A stretch of DNA of 64,000 nt. Source: Octopus bimaculoides. Taxonomy: Eukaryota. The notes below the pieces were generated by a model. That model was not told the DNA's origin. It was given only the letters and a program-made list of their open reading frames with translations, and searched no databases. Positions 1-15,334 of this stretch are shown in pieces (position 1 is the first letter of the stretch; every line of letters begins with the position of its first letter). Position numbers and translations under genes: made by a program. The DNA lies in NCBI RefSeq assembly GCF_001194135.2, contig NC_068986.1:89211945-89275944 (forward strand), read 5' to 3'.

Positions 1-204
1 ACACACACACACACACACATATTGCCTTACATATATATACGGATAAATACGGATAAATGATTTAAAATAAATATATTTTGGAAATAGTGATTTACGGTAC
101 AATACCTAGAAACGTGAAAATCAGACCACATGGGTTTGTTTACGTCAATTCGGCAGTTTCCATAAAAAGTGTTGGGAAAGATCGTGAAAGAGATAGAGAG
201 AGCG

Positions 205-525
205 CGCTCTCCCGCCCTTACACACATGCCAATTATCTCTCTTTCCTTCTTTCTTTTTCTCTCTCTCTGTCTCACACACACAGCAACATTACACAGACAC
301 ATGCTGCTCTCTCACACTAACAAAAGAACTTCACATACACACCACACTTTCCGTCTCACATACTCACTATAAAAAGATAGCGTCAATTTCTTTTTGGCAA
401 CATGTGTTTTGTGTGTAATGTTGCTGTGTGTGTGAGAGAAAGAAAGAAAGAAAGAAAGAAGGAAAGAAAGAAAGAAAGAAAAAAGAAAGAAAGATAAATG
501 GCATGTGTGTGTAAGGGAGGGAGAG
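205..525. repeat. Imperfect inverted repeat (MITE-like) within a probable non-autonomous element
   Basis: The left arm ~205-310 (cccttacacacatgccaattatct...acacacagcaacattacacagacacatg) is complementary to the right arm ~395-525 (catgtgttttgtgtgtaatgttgctgtgtgtg...agataaatggcatgtgtgtgtaaggg). Confidence 0.55.
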
Positions 526-1226
526 AGAGAGAGGGGGGGTATTTTTTTCTTTTTGCTTGTTGTTTGCTGCTTACCACACAACTGTTAAGACGCTGGCAAA
601 CAAATTGTAACTCTCTTTCACCCTGCCTCTCACAAACATACAATTTCTCTCTCTCCTTCACGCGCAAACTTCGAAATTGGTAAAAGTTATGGTTGAAAAT
701 CGATTTTTACAGGTATATGCGGGTACCTCTGAGAGAGAAAGTTGACGAAAATGCACATTGGGTCATTCCGAATCTCCTCCTAAAATTAGAGCAACATGCG
801 TGCTAATTTGTGGACGTGCATAAACTACATTCACGTACACACAAAAACACACACACACACACATATATATATTCGGATTATGAATTGAAAATAATTGTTT
901 TGGAACTGAGGTCTAACTATGAAACTTAAAACAATTTTGTTCAAATTTTCTAAGCGAATCTAGCCAGTATTTTTCAAAATCTTTTTCATTAGAAGACAGA
1001 GCCAAGGGTAAGCAATCACCTTTTAAAACATATTTCCCATTTGATGAGGAAATATTTTATTAATTCCTGAAATATAAACATTAGACATGGTGGAAGTTTG
1101 ATATCAGATGTTAAAGACTGTAAATACTACGAGATATTTTAAATTGGTACAGAGTCTGACAAAACTAGTCAAACATATATAGGTATTTCCTTTTGTACAA
1201 TGATGTTCATTTTTCGTATATTTCAG

Positions 1227-1315
1227 ACGAATACTCACATATCAAATATGTGCTATGAATAAGCAACACAAATGCGAAATGGACTTCATGTCCTATGCTA
1301 ACATAGTTTGTGATG
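1227..1315 (+). CDS. Gene 1 A-type exon (89 nt, phase 2 to 1)
   Basis: tttcag|A CGA ATA ... GAT G|gtaaga; [29 protein letters not shown]. Confidence 0.85.
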
Positions 1316-2482
1316 GTAAGATATTTATAGTTATTTATTTATTTATTGTATCTCATTTGCGGATAGGCTTTGTCATGAAGCTAAATTCGAAACAGAGTTT
1401 AATTTTGGCACGTAACGTTTTACAATCAATTCAAATTAAGGTTTGAGAAAACACTATTGGCCTTTATCAACGTTACTATGCATTGATTTACTTTTCGATC
1501 TTACTTCCTGATAACATAATAGAAGAGGTCCCACATGATGTATATTATGTTTTTCCATCTGTCTACTCGTTGTGAGACAGATCTCATTTTTGTTCCTGTA
1601 CTAATTTCTGTGTTTGTTGAAATTTTTGCAGCCTAACTCTTTTTCTTTCCACTCACATTTTCTTAAAGAATGGTCCTTGCCAGGTTATTAGATCTTGTTA
1701 AATATGCATACTATTCATTCTTACGGTAATCTCCATGTTGTATTTCTGATTAGCAGCGTGAAACAACACAGGAATTGTAAAAAAAAAAAAACAAGTCATA
1801 AGTGTACTGACAGTATAAAAGCTCGCAGAATACCTAAATGTACCTTTAGAATTAACGACATTTTTCAAAAGCCAGAATATAAACGGTATTTCAATAATTA
1901 TAAGCATTACCGAGGCTGCGAACTGGCAGAATTATTTAGCATTCCGAACGACATGCCTAGCGATATTTCGTCCGTTTTACTTTCTGAGTTCAAATTCCAC
2001 CGATGTCGACATCTTTTACGGGTCAATAAAATAAGTAGGTCTTGAACACTGAGATCGATGCAGTCGACTTAGCAAAACTTATCCGAAAACTGTTCGCCTT
2101 ATGCCAAAATTTGAAATCAATAATTATAAGCATTATTGTTTTTTTATCTACATTTTAGAATACAACAGCAGCCAAACTAGTTTTCGTGTACAACATTACT
2201 AAGTTTTATGAAATCCATACCATTTTCCAGTTCCGTGTTACACGTGACAACAAATAACTTTGATTCACAGGAGATACAAACGTTTAAATTTGTTAAGAAG
2301 TATGTAACATTTCGTCTTTAATAATATTTGAAAATTGAATATCTAAAATATATCTATTTTAGAACAAGCAGACGCGGGTGATTGCAAAGCAATGTACCAA
2401 TTAACTTGCTATGTAGCCAAAAGAGACTATCCACCAATGCATCCAGATAAGTACCACTGCCAGTGCGTATATACATTTGCTG

Positions 2483-2532
<50 letters not shown>

Positions 2533-2612
2533 GCTGCTGCTGTTGTTGCTGCTGCTGCTACCACTGCTGCTACTGCCACTGCTGCTTTACTACTACAACT
2601 ACTGCTGCTGCT

Positions 2613-2654
<42 letters not shown>

Positions 2655-5600
2655 TTACTATTACTATTACTACTTATACTTCAGCTTACAATAACACTTA
2701 TTTATTTCTATAAATCAAAAGTTGTGTAAGTTAAGATTATCGATTGGTGGTCATGTAGTTTCGGATTTGGTTCCACTGTGCAATATTTTTGGCGATTGAT
2801 TTCTTTATAATTACCTTTTTAACTGGATATTACGTGTAGTTGTGCGTATGTGTATATCTGTGTGTTCAGAGTGTGTGCTTGTATGTATGTGAAAGTGTGT
2901 GTGTGTGCGTGTGTGTATGTTTGTGTGTGTGTCGATATGACCAGTTAAACGCTTTACCCCAATAAATGTAATAAATGCGCCCTTTTAAAGCCTAGCCAGG
3001 CTCATGGGCCCGGTTTCCTAGTTTCAATGGTGTATGTGTTCCCCAGCTGGACGAGACGCCAGTCCATCGCAGCGTTACTCATTTTTGCCAGCTGAGTGGA
3101 CTGGAGCAACGTGAAATGAAGTGTTTTGCTCAAGAACACAACGTGTCGCCCAGTCCAGGAATCGAAACCACAATTTTATGATCATGAAGCTGAGACCGCG
3201 CCTCCACTACCCCAATAAAACCTCAGTCTAATTACTGATACGGGTAAACATAATAGACTAAAGCCGTACAGTGATATTGTCAATAGTTAATTACTAACAA
3301 TTTCTGCATTGGCAAACAAGGCTACCAATAATTGATTGGAATGCAGTAGTTCACTAGTGTATTCTACCTAATTTATACTAAATTATCTTCCTCGCAAAGG
3401 GCATCTCAACTCATGTTTAGTAGGGTACTAAACATAAAGCTGACTTCTACTACTCTATGGACAAGTATAGAAATGTGGAGCTAGGCAACAAACTGTTCAA
3501 TATAACCCCAGTCTCTGAATACGAAAAATTCCATAAAACTTGGAAGTGTGAAAAGATAGTTACTCATACAAGTAATTTGACCTCACAGTGTAAATAATGA
3601 CTACACTGCTACATATTTGAAACTGGTACATAATTTTTTATCAATACGTAAACTAGAAATATTACTAAGTTAATGAATAATGCTTTATGATTTCTAATTT
3701 TAAGTAATGCTTATCTATTTATTTTCTTCATCTAGGCGCATAGCCACATATCAAAAGTGTGCTGAGAAATTCGAAGACAAACATTGCATCGAATCGTTTA
3801 AAAGAGTTTATAACAGTACTTGCATGAGTATGATTATTTTATCAATTTAGAATATTGGCAAAATCAAATCAGTTAAAGTATGAAAACGGGCAATATAAAA
3901 GTAAAGTTATTCTTTAAAGTTTATTTGCCAATAGAATGTGGCGGTCCTATAAATGACGATGTTACTATTGTTTAAAAGCCTAAGGAAAAATATCTTTTCC
4001 AGCTGGCTGTCGACACACAATCTGTATCCGTATAGTGTTTGCAAGGGAGGTCATCGCACCCATCTCCAGACTTACGTGATAGTCACAAACTACGGTTTCT
4101 GGGTGTTTACTCGTCCTCAGTGTGAGATGATTATTGGCTGTTGATGAAAGCTTTCTCCACTCGCAAACACTATATATTCTTTAAGCGACACACAGACGCT
4201 GATCTCATATAGAGAAAAACAACTTGCTTTACATCTCTCAGCAAGAGATATGCAGTAACAGTATCGAATAGTAAAGTTCATTTACCAACAGAATGTGCCG
4301 GTCCTATAAAGGACAATGTTACCATTGTTTAATCCCCAAGAAAACATCTTTTCCATGTTACTGCATATGTTGGCAAATAAACTTTACTATTCAATACTGT
4401 TATTGCATATCCTTTGCTGAGAGATTTAAAACGAGTTGTCTTTCTCTACACGAGATCAACGTCTGTGTGTCGCTTAAAGAATATATAGTGTTTGCGAGTG
4501 GAGAAAGCTTTCATCAACATCCAGTAATCATCTCACAATGAGGACGGGTAAGCACCCAGAAACCATGGTCTGTGAGTATCATGTAAGGCTGGAGATGAGA
4601 GCGATTACCTCCCTTGCAAACACTTTACGGACACAGGCTGTGTGTCGATATCCAGCTGGAAAAGATATTTTCCTGAGGCTTAAACAACAGTAACATCGTC
4701 CTTTATAGGACTGCCACATTCTATTGGCAAATTAACTCTACTATTCGATACTGTTACTGCATATCTCTCGCTGGGAGATTTAAAACAAATTGTTTTTCTT
4801 TAAATCTACTTGAAATAGCTATTTCTGTTGCCAAAAACAAATTCACAAACATTTATACAGAAACTACTTTTGTTATCATGAAATATGGGGCATAGATTAC
4901 AAATGATGACATGGAATAAGACCAGAATCGTATATTTTAATTAAGATGTATATTTGAATGTTTCCTCGAACTCTCAAGAAGTATGAGATAAAAAAAAAAT
5001 ATTAAATGTAGACATTATTTTTCAGAGGCAACAGAGAACTGCAATATTATATTCAGAACATTTTGTCCTCAAGCCATAACAGATTATCCTATACATATCG
5101 ATAAATATTCCTGCAGGTACATATGTTGTTTTTATTCCATTGAATGTTATTATTACATATAATATTGAAATGTATATACTTAAATATGCAGTAGTATCAC
5201 TAACATACTAATAGTTCTTATGATGTAGAATTTTTAATATTTCATCTTCAAAATCAGAGAGCACCGGTTCAAAAATTAGTACGTAAATTATATTTTGTCT
5301 TGAATAAGAAATACTTTATCAAGTCTGAAAATTAGACACTCGAAATTTAATATCAGTACCTGAAGAGTACATATGTTGCTAGATATTTCAAATTGGTATA
5401 AAGTTTAGAAGCCCAAATAGCTTGAACACACTACATCGATTATCCAAAATAGCACCAATACATGAAGCATTTTTTTCATTGATGAAAGGATGTTATATTC
5501 TTTTTTATATTCCAGACGCTTACTCGCATACGAAAAATGCGCTATTTCGTTGAAGCACGAATGCGCTGAGATCTTCCACTTATATGCTCTCATCTTTTGT

Positions 5601-6979
5601 TCATATGGTAAGATTTTGCTGTTAATTTAATTTAGTTTACTGAGGGATAGGCTCTGTCAACGCAGTAAATTTCTATTAGGAATTACAGTAATAAAGTTCA
5701 TTTTTACAATCAAATCATACGTTTACAATTAATTCATATCAACGCTTGAGAAAGAAATATTAGCTGGTACTAATGTTAGTATTCGTACCAGCTAATAATG
5801 TTTTTTTTCAAGCATTGATTTGTCTTCAGCTTTGACTTCCTGGTGAATCATAGAAGAGGTGCCATGTGCTCCGTACAAGGTTTTCCCATCAGTTAGCGGA
5901 GAGCATCGGATCTTGTTATCTACATTAATAACGTCAGTGTCCATCAACATTTCCTTGCTTTCCTAATTTTCTTTCTGCTAGCAGTTTGTTAAAGAATTTT
6001 CTTTGCCATGTTATTAGAAATAAGCATACCGTCACTATTGCCTTTTTTCAGATTTGTAACATTGAATTCTCTACCATGTGGTGGATAGTTTCGCGTGCCC
6101 TCTCACTGATTTGGTCCAAATACAAGATACATAGGATATTCCACCTAATCTCAAGTGCTTCTGTTTTCCTTTTATCTATGTTGTAAAGATCCATATTTCG
6201 CATGCGTATGTACCCTTCAGCGTGTCAATGGTTTATGGTGCCCTTATTCATTCTAATATTATGCATGGGGGTGATGTTTCTAATCTTCCATATTGGCTCA
6301 TGCCATTTTACTGCGCTCATTTTCTTCAGAACCCCTTGGTTTTTATCCCTGATTAATAGTTGCTTCCACATATTTGATATACAGTTAATATCTAGTTTTT
6401 CACTTTGGACATGCATGTCATGTTCTGATGAAATCCTTGGAATTTGGTATGAGCATGTCTTGTACAGTTTTCATCTTAATCAAACTTATTGGAAACCATG
6501 CAAAGGTACTGTCTAAGTTGATCAATTTATTCTAACTTACTGCCAGTTTATCCACTTGCAAGATAGACTTTGTTGATAGAAATAGTTTTATTGCATTATA
6601 GAATTCACTAAAAGTAAACTTCGGCATTAAGGTGTGCAGAATAGAGAAGTGGAGGAAATAGCTTTTCATCAATGAAGACCAACTAAGTGCCACATAGGTT
6701 CGTTGATCGTTTCTGTTGTCTAGCCAGGAAGGCGCAGCAATATGCAAACAGAGATTAGACCTCGGAAAAAGAACGGCTAATCCGCACGGATGGAAAATTG
6801 TAAATCCCTACACTTCCATCATAATAGATATCCTGAAAGTATGTATAACATTCTTTGTACGAGGTTATGCATCGCAGATTTTCGGCACTATTTTCATACC
6901 CCAACACTTTAATTTCCACAAAGATATGAATCACTATGTACAGACTTCGTAAGTATATATAAATATTTATATGTGTGCA

Positions 6980-7073
<94 letters not shown>

Positions 7074-8176
7074 TGCATCCATGTATATATGCATATATAA
7101 CATGCAAGTATCGAGGTGTTGGAAGAAAGTTGGCTTCAAGTAAATATTAAACATATCTTTCAAAGAGAATAGAAGTTTATTGAGATGGAAGGTTGTAGGT
7201 TTTTTTCTGATCGAAGTACGATAAACGTAAAAAAAGTTATTTACATATTTCATGCGAATAAGACTACAAGAATTGAGAAATTAAGCAGATAAGATCCGGG
7301 CTACATATGTTTCATAGCGAGCGGAACCTCGGAAATGGTAAATGTGTAAGTGAGGTGTATACTGCAGGCTACACTTCAGACCAAGGATAGCTTGATTAAA
7401 TGAAAGTGTACATTGTGGCAAGGAGGTACATTTTAACAGATGGAAGAGTCAATCACAATGTATAAAGAACACAGAAGGAGTGGGGAATATAAATATAGAG
7501 AGAAATTAGGATTACAATAAGGAAAAAGAAAAAATACATAAGGTAGTGAGAAGAAAGAAGAATTTAAGCAAGGTCATTTGACCGGTAGTATTCATTAGAG
7601 CTATTTTGGCCGAATCACAGAAATCAGTGAGAGGAGTGGTATTTGAAAAAGATAATGTAGAGGGGAGATGGTGAGGAAATACATTTAATCAAGGGGAAGA
7701 AAAAGTATGCATGAAGAAAGCAAGATAAAGTGGGCAAGAATCGTGGCGGATACTACTAGCAATCAATTAAGGAGTGTATATTGTGTGCGTTGAGCGTGTT
7801 TACAGCATGAAGTTGTAGAGGTTCTATGTCGGTGTATATACTTGCAAGTTTACATGATGGGGGTGGTGGAGTAGGACAATTTTATAGATGGGATTAAATA
7901 ATTTTAAGGGCGATAGATTTAAGGGGATAGATTTAGGGATAAATTTAGGGGAAAGATTTAGGCAAAAGTTTTTTGAGTAGAGCGTAGAAGAGTTTAGATA
8001 CTTGAGTCTAACATTAAGGGCGAAGAGGGGTGAAACCAGATAACGTCGCGCGTTCATATTCGTTTAATCCCATTTGGGGGTTTCTTGGGTGGGGATAGGG
8101 TTTTGGAGGTACATGCTCGTGTCTGTTTCGGTGAGTTTCAATGTATATAAGATTTGGAGTCATCTGGCAGGAGGGT

Positions 8177-8241
<65 letters not shown>

Positions 8242-11200
8242 TAGATATACTAGATATAATACCCGGCGTTGCAAGGGTCAGAAAGTAGTAAATATTTAGA
8301 GGGTCTAGTTATGTTGTCAGTCTACATTACAGCAGTCCGGACCTCAAACGGTAGTGCAAAAATGAATTGGGCATTCCAAAGTTTTATAGAGTTTTATTTA
8401 GGTTAAGGTTAGAGTTAACAATGCAATTTGAGATCACTCAGTCTATGACAAATAAGTGTTTGTCCGTCCATGTGGTGACTCGTGTTGTATACCTCTCTGT
8501 ATCACTGCTGCCCGGCGCTATCCGATGATGCAACATTGTAGTGTGCATTGCAATGGTGTGTAGAGAGATTTTGGGGTTTATCAGATGTAGACACAGAGAG
8601 TGAATCCAAATTTGTATTTAACAAGTGAGCATTTTGGGGGATTGGGCTGTTTAAACAATCGTTAAGTACAACTGTCGTTAAAATGGGGAGAGTGATTGTA
8701 TGTTGATTAGTTGTCATGACGAATGGGTAGTTTCGACGATGAATGTTTGTCCACACGATTTATGTCGCACAGTGCCCGAAACTGCCATAGCGAATGCGTT
8801 CCATGTATCTCTGCCCTTTTCATAAGCCTCTATCAGTTAATTGGCGTAATATTGCATGCCTCCTTTCTGCTTACACATTGAATGCATTAGAAGCGCATAA
8901 GAAAATACTGATCGGTTGAAGTTACGTCCTTAAAGATGCTCGATCGACCATTAAGCCATTGTTGGAGTAATTATCCCTTCTATTTTTTTTAAAAACCTAG
9001 ATGCTGTCCTAAGAGGGTTGTAACTTAATAGGTTTCTCTTTGTGAAATGGGTTGACTGTGTGCTGTTAGTTTTAGAGTAAAAGCGGATCTAAAGTCCATT
9101 ACACACGTCTGAGAGGATGCTGTCTAAATCAGCTGCTTTGTGAAACTGTACGTTACCTTTTCACAGTATAAACAGTTACGAATTCTCATCCTAATACCCC
9201 TTGGTAGACAATATTTTTCGTTCTACTCCGAGGTGAGTAAACGAAGAGACTTTCCTTGCTTCCCACCCGGGAACAATCGACGTATAGCTGACCGTGTGAG
9301 AAGCATGATTCATCAAAATGCAACCCTGCCACCGATAGTGTCTGCCCCTGTGACATTGCAAAACAGTCTAAGCTGGAACTGCAGACGGTGAAATGCAAAG
9401 AGAATATCTGCACCAGATGGAATGAGGGGGATTCTGGGGATGAAAACGTCCTCACCTTTGCCACAGCCGGACAAAATGGTGACTTCAAGAACGTACTTCA
9501 TAGCCTTCTTAATAACCAAGCGTGTCCCATTGCAAAGCTTTCGAGGGTCTAAATTCCTCAGCAGCATGACAGGAACTCCGAATTTAACTTCCAGTGTATG
9601 TGGGGGCAGCCCAGGTGGGTCAAGGGAATTAAGAAACTCCAATGGATAGTTCACTGCCTGGTCGTCGTCGGATACAGAATCGATTGACCTTAGACGTGCA
9701 GTCTTCCGGGAAGCGAATGCAGCAGCTTAGCGTTGAGAGCGATCACTGAACTGTTTTTTGGAGCCAAAATGACTCTTTCGGAAATCGAATTCATGTGAAG
9801 GTAGTTCCTTTGTAGATTTTGAAAGACATGTGCCTCTAGCTCATCGGAATTACTGACAGGGATGCAGAGGTGAGTTAGTGACAGTTCCCCGTTTTCATCG
9901 AGCGGAACAATACCGTTTCCGATTGACAATATGTCACATGCAAAATCTGATGCCATCTGGTCACCACGAAGCTGTGCCCTGATGTTTGTTTTGAGAGACA
10001 ATGTTGTAACATTTTTCCACAGCACAGAGAACTTTAGGCAGGCTCTGACTACATCTGCCCTGGTTCCCTTGGGTATTACAGGAAGCGTTTGTCGGAAATC
10101 GCAAGACAGGAAGAGAGTTATACTATCCATCGTAGCCGGACAGTCTCTCATGTCTTGAAGAGTGGTGTTGAGAGCTTCGAGGGATCGCTTGTGGGCCATT
10201 GTGCATTCATCCCAAACTATCAGCTGGCAACTCCGGAGAAGCAAGCCCTTTCCAGACGTTTTGGTGGTGTTACAGGAAGGCACTTCGGACCTTGTCAAAT
10301 CAAATGGTAGCTTAAAGGTTGTGTGCGATGTCCTGCCACCGGGCAGTAAAGTGGCTGCAATGCAAGATGAGGCCACAGCTACGGCTACGTCTTTTCGGTG
10401 CCTTACTTTAGTCAGGAGAAGCTGAATAACGAACGTTTTTTTTTTTGTCCCTCCAGGTGCATCAAGAAAACAATACCCCCTTTTCGTTTCTACATGTGAT
10501 CAAGGATGGTACTGTAAGCCCACCGTTGCTCAGGCAGAAGTTTGGGCTCATTTTGCTGAAGGTATTGATTAAGGACTTCAGTGTCATAGGACGTTTCACG
10601 TATTAACTCTGTTGGTATTGAAGGCGTCCTGCGTCGCAATGGTTGCGGCACCCCGTATGTAAGTAAGGTATTACCTCCCAGAGAAAAAGTCTTGTTCTCT
10701 ATGTCAAGTAAAGCAAAGTTGTAAATGAAATCATCTTCAGCAGGCAAGCAGGTATGATGCAGTTGGGCCTGGTAATGGACGTCTTCCGATAGGTCGTGTC
10801 TGTACTTTAACCACAATTAATGGGGATCGGGAAGTGCAGGAGTACAGAAAACAGAGCTCTGAGACTTTTCGGTGACTGTGAAACAGCAGCCTCCGCAAGC
10901 GTAGTATCCCACTGCGCATAGTTTTCTAGCAGCCCACGTAGTAGGCAGGCCTCCCTAAACGTAGCACATGTATGGCCGCTCACAGTCTTTAGTTGGTCGA
11001 AGAACTTTGGAGCCCTTGCCTCGTGAAGCAGTAATTGGAGGGTGAAGCATTCTTGTTGGCTCGGGTGAACCGTGTACACTCTGCCAAGGCAATTATCAAA
11101 GTTAATCTAAGGGTGACCATCAACGGTTCGGCCTGACTTCCTTCGCTGCCACTTACACTTATTCCATGTGTAATATGACGGGACTTGAGGATAAAGTAGA

Positions 11201-13867
11201 TCTTGCGCAAACTGGTCTACCTGGCAGAGTTTGAAGAAAGCCGTGAGTGCTATATCTTTTGGTTGCTCAATCAGTCGAGTAGCAGTGGAAGTGGTGAAGT
11301 ACACACGCTGGCCATTTCGAAGGTGCACAGCAAGCTGCTAGATTGGCGGATGCCTTTGATGCAGTGGAAACCCGAAAATGCGACAGAAGGCTTCGTTATT
11401 ACTTATGTACCTGCCTACTTGATATTGCGTTATTTCATCTCGGACTCCGTCTGGTTGCAGACCGAACACAGCAGTATCAGAGCCTTTGCTGATGTACTTG
11501 CACACATGTCTGATGGACTTTACAGAATTGCAGAGCTCGACATTTATGTGAGCATCGAATGCTTTCGACAGGACCAGGCAGTAAGACACCGTCAATCTGT
11601 TGTCTACTTCATACGGACTAACATGCGCTGTGAATCCACCGTCCTCTGGTTTCCTTCTTCTATACAGAGGGTACCCATCGTACCTGGATTGTGTTTCCTG
11701 GAGGAATTGTTTTGGGTATTTCTTGCTGCAAACTCACTTTTGTGCAAAGCAATCGAAGGTTGAATCCTCGTCCCAGGGTCCATGGATCATGTTAGCCTTC
11801 TCTGTCTCAAAGAGAGTCCTTTCGATAGAGGGGTCAAATTGTCAATTGCATCGAATGAAATCTCTGTGGACAACCAACTTAGGATATGAGCATGAGGAAG
11901 ACCCCTTTTCTGCTATTTGACGGTATACATGTTGCATCGCACGGGGCCAAATATTTGACCTTTGGTGATGAAGTTCATGAGTCTGTGTAACTTCAAATGG
12001 AAGACCCGCGCAATGAGATCATGTCTGTCTTTGGCCTGCTGACCCTAAAAACGTTATATTCCAATCTCCCCTCAACACCCAAGATTACAGATGAAAGTGA
12101 GTACGCCTGTAGTAGCGGACGTAGGCCATTGCGTCTTGACTTCTTTCGTGCATGTAACGTGGGCCGCCAGTGAAAGATGACGGCAAGATGCACACCTGAC
12201 ACAACCCTCCGGGCGATACGTCTTTGCTGAGACCATCCCTAAGATGGATGTAGCTGTCAGATCGAAGTTTCTGCTGGTTAAATCTGATATAGGATAACTT
12301 CTCAGATACCATTTTGCACAAACATCGACGGCAAATTGGTGGAACAGGTCACACGCTCGCTGGGGGTGGTTAGTGTAGTCGTGACGGAGCATAAAGCGGT
12401 ATGAGTAGAACTGCATGCACGAAACTTGTTTGGTACTCGTTTCGTTTCGTCTGGTGAAGACTCAGCAGGCATCTTCTTCGCGCACAAAAATAAGTGGATA
12501 CTGGAGCGTGTGTGTCTCGTTGATGCGCTTAACAGTTAGGTCACGGCACGAAAGAACAATGCTTCTTGGGTTGTGCAGTTCACCGCCGAGCACAATGGCA
12601 ATTTCGTTGCAATTGGGCAAATTGTAGCGGCCAGAATGGTCGTTTCCCGACCGTTTGTCAGCGTCAATAACCGCTGTGACGTCCGGCACTGATGGAAATT
12701 CCAAGGCATACTTAAAGCTCTTTACCGAAGAGTTATGCATGTGCAACATTTCCTGGGGTTGAAGAATTACTTCAAAACTTGTGCCGAGGGAGATAGTTCT
12801 TCGGCCTGCTGCCTGTGTTTCGTAGTCACCGACAAAGTAAACCTGGAGGAACTGTGGCGTTTCGTTGGCAGCGTGTAGAAGGGCTCCATTTCTGTGGTAA
12901 ATCTGCCCCTGAATTTTAAATGTAGGCAAGAAGTCACCTTCCCTAACGATATTAGCATCAAATTATATCATCTGAAAGACGCAGTTATACTTTTAATTTT
13001 AAACATTGGACTTGGCAAGAACTAAAATGTTGGTGTTCCAAATGGCGTAGTTTAGCGTTAGTATGTTTGAATAAAAGTTTGGCAACGGAAGTTTGTAATG
13101 TAGTAGTGCACTGAGCCCCGACAAAGGATGACTTTTGCTTAATTAAGTGCGCCAAAATAGTGTCAATAGGATGAGTAGGGGTGCAAAAAAGTGATGATGC
13201 ACGCCTTGTTGTCTCTACCCCCTATGTAACACCATACACAGCAACTAAGGCGTGGGTATGGTTAACGGAGAAGCTATTGCAAGCAGTAATAGGGCTTCAA
13301 AAGTCTTGACGTGATTTTTTACAACGAACTACCGCTTTGGCCCTCGACTAAGAACGCCTAGTACTCAATGTTACGCATTGGAACTTGCAAAACGTACGGA
13401 ACACGGGACTTTTTGCTGTTTTCTTCAAAGTAAAAAGTGTAACGATGTAATGACTAAACGTTCGGCAACTGGTTTTTAAGGTAGCATTACATTGAACCCT
13501 GGCAAATAAAGGGTACGTGCTTCATTTATTGGGCCCAAAAATGTGTCAAAAAGGTAGCTAGAGGTACAAAACGTGTTGGTGCATGAGCCTTTTTTCATCT
13601 CTCCCCTCAAAACATCACATTCACGTGTAAAACGGAGCAATTAACACGTGAACAAAACTTCAGCAACACATGTGCGCATAAGGTCACTTTGTGTGTATGC
13701 CCCCGATCACGCGTGCAGGTCACGGGGGTGATTTCTTCGCCATGACCTAGCTCTGACCTTATGGAGTATGTGTATAAAATTTGAGGTCAATCGGACTTTG
13801 AATGTGGATTTCTATAAAAAACATAAATGTCTACACACACACACACACTGACACACTGATTCAATTT

Positions 13868-13937
<70 letters not shown>

Positions 13938-15276
13938 CAAAAGAAGTTGTACTTTAACTTTAATGATAGTGTACTCCCTTGCACCTCTGATCATAAGCCC
14001 CCACGTCCTAAATATAGGCTGTGCCCACAACTATCGCAAACATTACTTTTACCGGGGTACATGAATATCATTTTATACGTGTACTCGGGAAAGTGGAATC
14101 ACCATACGAAACTAAGAAATTGTAAAAATCAAAGAATCTGCCTGTATTTGGATGGTAAAACTGTAACATATATTCCTTTGCACAAGATGTAGCTGTTTGT
14201 TATAAAATATTATAAGCTTGTTTTCAATTTTAACCATTATTATATGGGATTTAGTTTCTTATATAAACTACCACTGCCACTACAAATATAGAAATATAAC
14301 TTTAACTCACAGAGGAGTCAAAATGTTAAAAACTGTGCTTTAGACGGCATAAACTAGTATCTTTGAAATTACAGATGAAATAGGGTTTATTAATGAAATT
14401 TACTTAGGATCCAGGAACACTGAAAACTGTTAACATTGATTAGTTAATAATTTTTAATCTTCAGCGGATGCTTAGAGTGTTTTTGAAAAGTATTAGGTGG
14501 AGGTAATAGAATTATAGACACCTTCATACAATATCTCTTACTAAACGCATTTCTGCATGGAAAACCGATACAGAAATTGTAAAACACAAAATACGTCATA
14601 CGAGAATTGTTAGAACTATAAATACTCGTAGATCTAAAGCTATTATAAGAATTAATGTTTTTTTTTTCTAATATTCAAATCAGCAAAATTCAAGGAATAA
14701 GGAACATTTCTTAATTATAAACACTATTTTAATCTACCTTGAAGACTACAATACCAGCCGAAAAATATTTCGAGTTCAATATTGAATATTTTATAGCAAC
14801 CTATCCATCTTTAGCATCCATATTATTGATGACAACTCATAACTTTCATTCAGATTAGAATTAATTGTTTCAATATATCATGTATCATGTGATAGTTCAT
14901 CATTATAAGAATATTTAAGAACTTAATTTTCAAACTCTCAAAATTGTAGGACATGCAGATGCTATTAACTGCCAAATAATGTACAGATCAGTGTGCTCTG
15001 AAGCCGTCAATCAATACCCACTGGTATATCCAGATAATTTTCGCTGCCAGTACGTATATTTAATTATTATTACTTTTATCATTAATACAACTTATATTTA
15101 ATTTTTCAGTTGTGTAATTAAGAAGATCGCTTTGTAAATACATGGTTGTAGTTTCGGCTGTATAGTGCTGCACATTTCGCAAGTGTATTTCACAATTGTC
15201 CTCGGTGACTAGTGTCTTTTAACTGAACACGTTAAGCGGAAGACCATCGTAGTGACAAATGTGACTTGGTGCGTGT

Positions 15277-15334
<58 letters not shown>

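Noticed and set aside
1086-1182. Exon-like segment upstream of exon 1227
   Set aside because: It has stops in the required frame, would leave a ~44 nt intron, and is homologous to intron sequence upstream of 5516.
2392-2729. Poly-Thr/Tyr/Leu/Cys ORFs
   Set aside because: These are translations of a trinucleotide microsatellite. Only 2363-2462 is a real exon.
7250-8175. Purine-skewed segment with gatttaggg-like mini-repeats, possibly an old retroelement
   Set aside because: No diagnostic protein motif could be read.
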